Shown here in pieces: positions 31,551 through 36,212 of a stretch of 36,212 nucleotides of DNA. Below the pieces are notes generated by a model, which saw only the letters and a list, made by a program, of their open reading frames with translations, was not told the DNA's origin and did no database searches. A program made the position numbers and the translations under genes. Every line of letters begins with the position of its first letter. Position 1 is the first letter of the stretch. This DNA is from an uncultured Mycoplasmatales bacterium (GTDB lineage: Bacteria; Bacillota_I; Bacilli_A; Mycoplasmatales; Mycoplasmoidaceae). The stretch lies in NCBI GenBank assembly GCA_964538585.1, contig CAZIEX010000003.1, positions 1 through 36,212 of the forward strand, read 5' to 3'.

Positions 31551-32436
31551 GTTCAGCAATTATTTTCTTAATATGTTTGAAATATTCTTCACTTATTTCT
31601 GGGTCTTTTAGAGCACAATAATTTGTTGCATCTAGATAACCAATTTTTGACCCAGCATCAAATCTTTGGCCATTAAATACACAACCATAGATTTTTTTAT
31701 TATTTTTTAGCATATATTGAAGAGCATCAGTTAGTTGAATTTCTCCACTCTTATCTGGGGATATATTATCTAATGCATCAAAAATATCAGGAGTCAAAAC
31801 ATAACGGCCTAAAATAGCATAATCACTTGGTGCTTTATCTATATCAGGTTTTTCAACTAGGTTATTAATGTTTAACAAAGTGCTTGATTTATCTTTTTTA
31901 AAATCAAGAATTCCATACTTGTTAACAGTATTATGACTAACTTTTTGGGTACCAACTATTGATGATTGTGTTTGCTTAAATGCTTCAATACATTGTTTGA
32001 TAGCATTTTTCATACCTTGCTTTTGAAAAACTAAATCATCACCAAGAATTACAGCAAATGGTTCATTACTGCAAAAAGTTTGAGCACATTTGATAGCATC
32101 ACCTAATCCTTTTGGCTCTTTTTGACGAATAAAATGAATGTTAGCCATTTTAGAAATGGACTTAACCATTTCATACATTTTCATTTTTTTATTATTTAAC
32201 AATCTTTGCTCTAATTCAAATGAAGAGTCAAAATAATCAACTATTGAATTTTTATGAGATGAAACAATAATAAGAATTTCATCTATTCCAGCTTCCAATG
32301 CTTCATTAACAATGTAATGCATAGTAGGAACAGTCAAAATAGGTAGCATTTCTTTTGCTAATGCTTTAGTAACTGGTAAAAAGCGAGTGCCCATACCTGC
32401 TGCTGGTATTACTACCTTTTTCACAGTTTGAGTCAT
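31534..32436 (-). CDS. galU: UTP--glucose-1-phosphate uridylyltransferase (300 aa)
   Basis: VIPAAGMGTRFLPVTKALAKEMLPI N-terminal signature and LGDD, VEKP motifs. Confidence 0.95.
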   Translation of the reverse strand: MTQTVKKVVIPAAGMGTRFLPVTKALAKEMLPILTVPTMHYIVNEALEAGIDEILIIVSSHKNSIVDYFDSSFELEQRLLNNKKMKMYEMVKSISKMANIHFIRQKEPKGLGDAIKCAQTFCSNEPFAVILGDDLVFQKQGMKNAIKQCIEAFKQTQSSIVGTQKVSHNTVNKYGILDFKKDKSSTLLNINNLVEKPDIDKAPSDYAILGRYVLTPDIFDALDNISPDKSGEIQLTDALQYMLKNNKKIYGCVFNGQRFDAGSKIGYLDATNYCALKDPEISEEYFKHIKKIIAEHEKKK

Positions 32437-32462
32437 AAGTATTATTAGAGTATTATATATAT

Positions 32463-33734
32463 TTATACAAAAGAGTGCAAGATGAAGAATTTGATAAGTT
32501 TATTATCAAGTTTTGCAAAAGTAGAGTTGAACATAATGCTAAAATCATGAATAAATGTTTTAAAAAAAAGATTTAAGTCTTTTGAACTGAATCTTCTTTG
32601 GTTAACAAAGATTTTCTTAGGTATCTTGTATTTATCAAAATAGTCTAGTAAATAGTTTATATTTGTGATAACATTAGAATTGTTTTTTTTACTCACACCT
32701 AGGAATAATTTTAAAAGATCAGTATAAAAAAATTTTAATTTTTTTTCATCATTTTTTAAGATTGACAAGAAGGTATATAAAAGCACGGCATTAATTGTGC
32801 AAGTGTTAATAGAATAACGAGAAGCAATACAATTGGCTATATGCTCAACAAAATTAGAATCTATATTAGCATTTGCAGTTCCAATTAAAAAAGAGCATAT
32901 ATTGATATCACCATCATCAAATTTACTAGTATTTAACATTTCTAGAATTATTCTAATTGCTGCTATTAAATGAGTTTTCATTTGTAAACTATATGTTTGG
33001 GAAAAGTAAGAAAAAAATCCTCTTGCAAGTAGTGAGAAGACAATCTCTATTTTTTTATCATTATCTTGATTGTCTTGAGTAGCAAAAATCAGTGTAGTTG
33101 GTACTAAAGAAGAGTCAGTAATGCAATAGAAATTGTTTTTATTTAGTATTAGGGATTTATTTGATATTTGTAAACCATCTGTTAGTTCATTACAATAAGA
33201 GACAAAAGGATTAATTGGTTTTTTAATAAGATTACCAAGTTCATAGTAATAATATGGCTTTTGAGAGAAGTATTGAACTAATATGCTCTTAGCTTGATTT
33301 TGAAAATTATCGTTACCAGCTAAAATAAAATTTTGAGTTTTAATTATATGACATTCAGTTTCTACATAATTAATCAAATCATTATCAATTTTTGGATTAT
33401 CAATTTTATGAACTAATAATTTATTTTTCTTTGCATATATTTCAATGTCATTTTTGTTTGTTAGTATTAAAGAAAATTTTAAATTGTTTTGAATATTATT
33501 TAAATGATTATCTTTTGAGAAGCTAACATATCTAGGCAAAGTACAAGTATATTCTACTTGCCTTTGATTTCTTAAAAAAGGTACAAGCCATTGAAAGAAT
33601 CTCAGTTTTGATATTTTATTAATTAAAATTCTAACAAATTTTAATTTGTTGATAAAACTCATAATATATCTAACAATAACCATGTTAGTTCTTAAAAATA
33701 AAAAGAAAATGTTACTAAAGATACTAAAAAACAT
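32463..33734 (-). CDS. Hypothetical protein H2 (423 aa), no family recognised
   Basis: Long uninterrupted ORF from ATG to TAA with a basic/hydrophobic N-terminus. The start is uncertain, with alternative in-frame ATGs at 33683 and 33662. Confidence 0.7.
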   Translation of the reverse strand: MFFSIFSNIFFLFLRTNMVIVRYIMSFINKLKFVRILINKISKLRFFQWLVPFLRNQRQVEYTCTLPRYVSFSKDNHLNNIQNNLKFSLILTNKNDIEIYAKKNKLLVHKIDNPKIDNDLINYVETECHIIKTQNFILAGNDNFQNQAKSILVQYFSQKPYYYYELGNLIKKPINPFVSYCNELTDGLQISNKSLILNKNNFYCITDSSLVPTTLIFATQDNQDNDKKIEIVFSLLARGFFSYFSQTYSLQMKTHLIAAIRIILEMLNTSKFDDGDINICSFLIGTANANIDSNFVEHIANCIASRYSINTCTINAVLLYTFLSILKNDEKKLKFFYTDLLKLFLGVSKKNNSNVITNINYLLDYFDKYKIPKKIFVNQRRFSSKDLNLFFKTFIHDFSIMFNSTFAKLDNKLIKFFILHSFV

Positions 33735-34557
33735 AAAATTTCAATAATTTCTCTTTTATTTCTGCAATTTTATCATTACTAAATGTTTGGATTATTTTTT
33801 CATTTTTACTAATAATCTCATCTAAACTATTTAATAACTTTTTGCCATCTAAAATTAGATATTCTTCAAATTCTTCCATTGATCGAGAATACTGAAAATA
33901 TTTACTTACAATATGTTTGGAATCATTAGCAAGTAAATTATTTAAAATATTTTGGTAAATATTATCAACTTGTTCAAGAAAAATTGCTGTCTTAGGATTG
34001 CGCATTTTTTTATTGCAAAAGTTATCTCATGTTTCTAATTTATTTGTAATTTCAAACAAATTTTCAATTAAACAAGCTGCTAAAATCTGCAAATATTTAT
34101 CATCATTTTTATTTAAGACATTAAGGGCTAATCCTATAGCACACAAAAAATGCTTTTTATAGATAGATAATTCAACAAGTTTATGATGAAAGTTACTATA
34201 GACACAATAAGGAATGAATTTAGGATCAAAAATTAAACTATCTTTGATTTCAACTATCCCAGAAGAACTTAACAATAACCCTGGAATATTTTCAATAATT
34301 ATTAAATTTTGATATTTGCAGTGAGTTTTGAATCAACAAACATCTTTGTAAGTTCCAAAAACAACTGCAATGTCAAAATTTAACTTTTCAGAATTTTTAT
34401 TGTTTTTTATTTTTTTGCCATTAATTATTTTTACTAGTTTAAAACGATAAAGCAAACTTCATACTAAACATAAAAATTTTCAAGGAACAAATTTTGAAAA
34501 ATAAATTAGTGAAACTTTTTTTGCTTTAATAGATTTAATCAATCACACAATTTGCAT
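33724..34557 (-). CDS. Hypothetical protein H1 (277 aa), no family recognised; first gene of the minus-strand array
   Basis: Track ORFs 33724..34005 and 34027..34275 are in one frame and separated by TGA. Reading five more TGA codons extends the frame upstream to the ATG at 34557. The N-terminus is hydrophobic and basic (FVPWKFLCLVWSLLY). Confidence 0.65.
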
Positions 34558-34644
34558 GACTGATTTTAAACCAATTATTGTTTTTCTAGGAAAATAATAT
34601 TGTTTCACAATAAATATAATATTTTATATTAAGATGTTTTAAAT

Positions 34645-35928
34645 ATGAACAAAACAACATTCATTAAACAAAAAATGCAAGATTTGCTTAAAGTTGCATA
34701 TGGTTGTACTGAAATAGGTGTAATTGGTTATCCATGTTCTTTAGCATATGATCAAGTAAAGGGCGAAGAAATTAAGCAATTGACATTAGAAATTTCTCCT
34801 TTTATCTATAAAAATGCTTCACGTGTAGGAGTACCAAATATGGGAAGATGTGGTATTCCAATGATGGCTGCTACTGGTGCTTATATATGTGCTCCAGAAC
34901 GTAAATTAGAATTATTTTCTAGTGTTAATTTAAAACAAAAATCTGCAGCTAAAAAATTGATTGAAAGAAAACGAGTTAAAGTTATTGTTAATGATCAAGT
35001 AAACCCTGTTTATGCTGAAGTTCGATTAGAAACAACAAAGGGCAATAATGTGGTAGTTAGAATTGAAAAGGAACACGATAATGTTGTATTTATTAAAAAG
35101 AATGATTTTTGTGTTCGAGAACAAAAACAAAAAGAAGAAACTATCACAGTTCATAAAGAAGAATATTCAGCTAATGATTTCAGCATTAAAGAAATAATTA
35201 AGATTGTTGAGTCTTTACAGGAAAAAGATTTGTCTTTTTTGACTCAAGTATTTAAAATCAATCAAGAAATTTCTAGTTATGGTTTGAAACATAAAACTCC
35301 TGGATCATATACTGATATTTTTGCTAAAACATTTAAAAAACCCAACTGAAGACAACAAATTATTTTAGATACTGCTGCAGCTATTGATGCACGAATGCGT
35401 GGTGATTCATTACCAGTAATGTCTTCTTGTGGTTCAGGTGATCATGGATTAACTATTTCAATTCCTCAATATTCTTTTCATAAGCTAATGAAAACTTCAA
35501 ATATTCGTTTCTTAAGAGGTTTAGCAATTGCAAATCTATTAACATGAATTATTAAACAAAATATTGGTAGTTTGTCTGCTTTATGTGGTAGTGTTATTGC
35601 TGCTGCAACTTCAGCTATGGTTGGCATTGCTTACCAAAGCGGATGAACATATAGTAAAATATCAGCTCTTATTGAAGCAATGTTATGTGCAAATGCTATA
35701 TGTATATGTGATGGAGCAAAATCTAGTTGTACATTCAAAGTATCATCAGCATTATCATCTGGATTTATGATTTTTGATATGGTAGAGAATAATTATAAAA
35801 TCACAGCAAGAGATGGAATAGTAGGAGATGATCCTAAGACAATTATTGAAGTTTTTAAAACTATTTCTAGTGAAAATAGCTTGAAATTGAATAATTCCAT
35901 AGTTAAAATGTTAAATTCAATAAATTAA
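34645..35928 (+). CDS. UPF0597 / L-cysteine desulfidase-like protein (CyuA/YhaM family, 427 aa)
   Basis: N-terminal VAYGCTEIGVIGYP and SSCGSGDHG motifs and a Cys-rich C-terminal half (CANAICICDGAKSSC). The fragments share a frame. Confidence 0.75.
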
Positions 35929-35946
35929 GAGTAAAATACTTAAATA

Positions 35947-36177
35947 ATGAATTGAGCAACTATAGTTCTTATCATTCTAGGTGTGATAGCAATCATTATT
36001 GGATTGTTAATTTCTAGTAGTGGTGCTACATCAGGACTTAATGCTATGGCAGGACAAGATCTAGAATTATTTAAAAAAACTAAAGATCGTGGTTTTGTTA
36101 AAGCTATGCAAATGGTTTTATTTTTTATAGTTTTTATCATTGTTGTGTTATTAATTGTTTATAAAATAGTTAGTTAA
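35947..36177 (+). CDS. secG: Preprotein translocase subunit SecG (76 aa)
   Basis: Two TM helices flank a Gly/Ser-rich loop (SSSGATSGLNAMAGQD). The ATG at 35947 is recovered by reading a TGA; the track starts at an internal GTG. Confidence 0.8.
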
Positions 36178-36212
36178 GATTAAAAAGTAATTATCATAAG
36201 TTATTACAAAAT

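Noticed and set aside
1204-36140. Track ORFs that lie antisense or out of frame within real genes: 1204..1395(-), 1449..1637(-), 4001..4186(-), 11655..11906(+), 12573..12758(-), 12899..13096(+), 17894..18154(+), 18188..18385(+), 20118..20300(+), 21960..22298(+), 22887..23102(+), 27362..27544(+), 27472..27705(+), 27498..27683(-), 29189..29374(-), 29294..29488(+), 35564..35770(+), 35940..36140(-).
   Set aside because: Each is fully contained in a longer, motif-supported CDS on the other strand or in another frame. Their translations are low-complexity or Cys/Phe/Ile-rich, typical of shadow ORFs in AT-rich DNA.
1-36212. Search for CRISPR arrays, rRNA/tRNA genes, IS elements, integrases, restriction-modification genes or toxin-antitoxin pairs.
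   Set aside because: None found. There are no regularly spaced direct repeats, no GC-rich structured RNA-like segments (for example no GGTTCGAATCC-type T-arm), and no transposase, recombinase, methyltransferase or endonuclease motifs in any merged ORF.

Overview
Very AT-rich, gene-dense chromosomal segment of a Mollicute (Mycoplasma-like). It reads TGA as Trp (translation table 4). The supplied standard-code ORF track therefore fragments most genes. Fragments that share a frame and are separated only by TGA merge into full-length conserved proteins. After merging I call about 38 CDSs, one apparently frameshifted gene, one clear intrinsic terminator and a set of -10 promoter boxes. I saw no rRNA, tRNA, CRISPR array, transposase or integrase. 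Left two thirds (about 1-25 kb): housekeeping genes, namely DivIVA-like, rnhC, nitroreductase, rubrerythrin, metG, plsC, thyA-folA, scpA-scpB-trmB, an HD dNTPase-like gene, two tandem degV, ytpR-like, pyrG, flavodoxin, tatD, cobB, an APC permease, ridA and ftsY-smc-rnc-plsX. From 34557 down to 16712 there is an unbroken run of 16 minus-strand genes with gaps of at most 44 nt or with overlaps. Most interesting block (25163-34557): two orphan proteins, then galU, then a duplicated ABC-2 exporter cassette. The cassette order is P1, ABC-2 permease, ATPase, P2, ATPase. P1 and P2 are paralogous Tyr/Asn/Ser/Thr-rich proteins anchored by one TM helix at each end, and they share leucine-rich-repeat-like motifs. 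I cannot assign this block to a described system from sequence alone, so it is my best candidate for something new. Other points: a G8 tract in a truncated gene at the left edge, a (TA)7 tract in a promoter, an unlisted 57-aa zinc-ribbon membrane protein, a +1 frameshift in a YwaF-like gene, and TATAAT boxes placed 7-9 nt before start codons, which suggests leaderless mRNAs. All homology calls come from motif recognition by eye; no searches were run.
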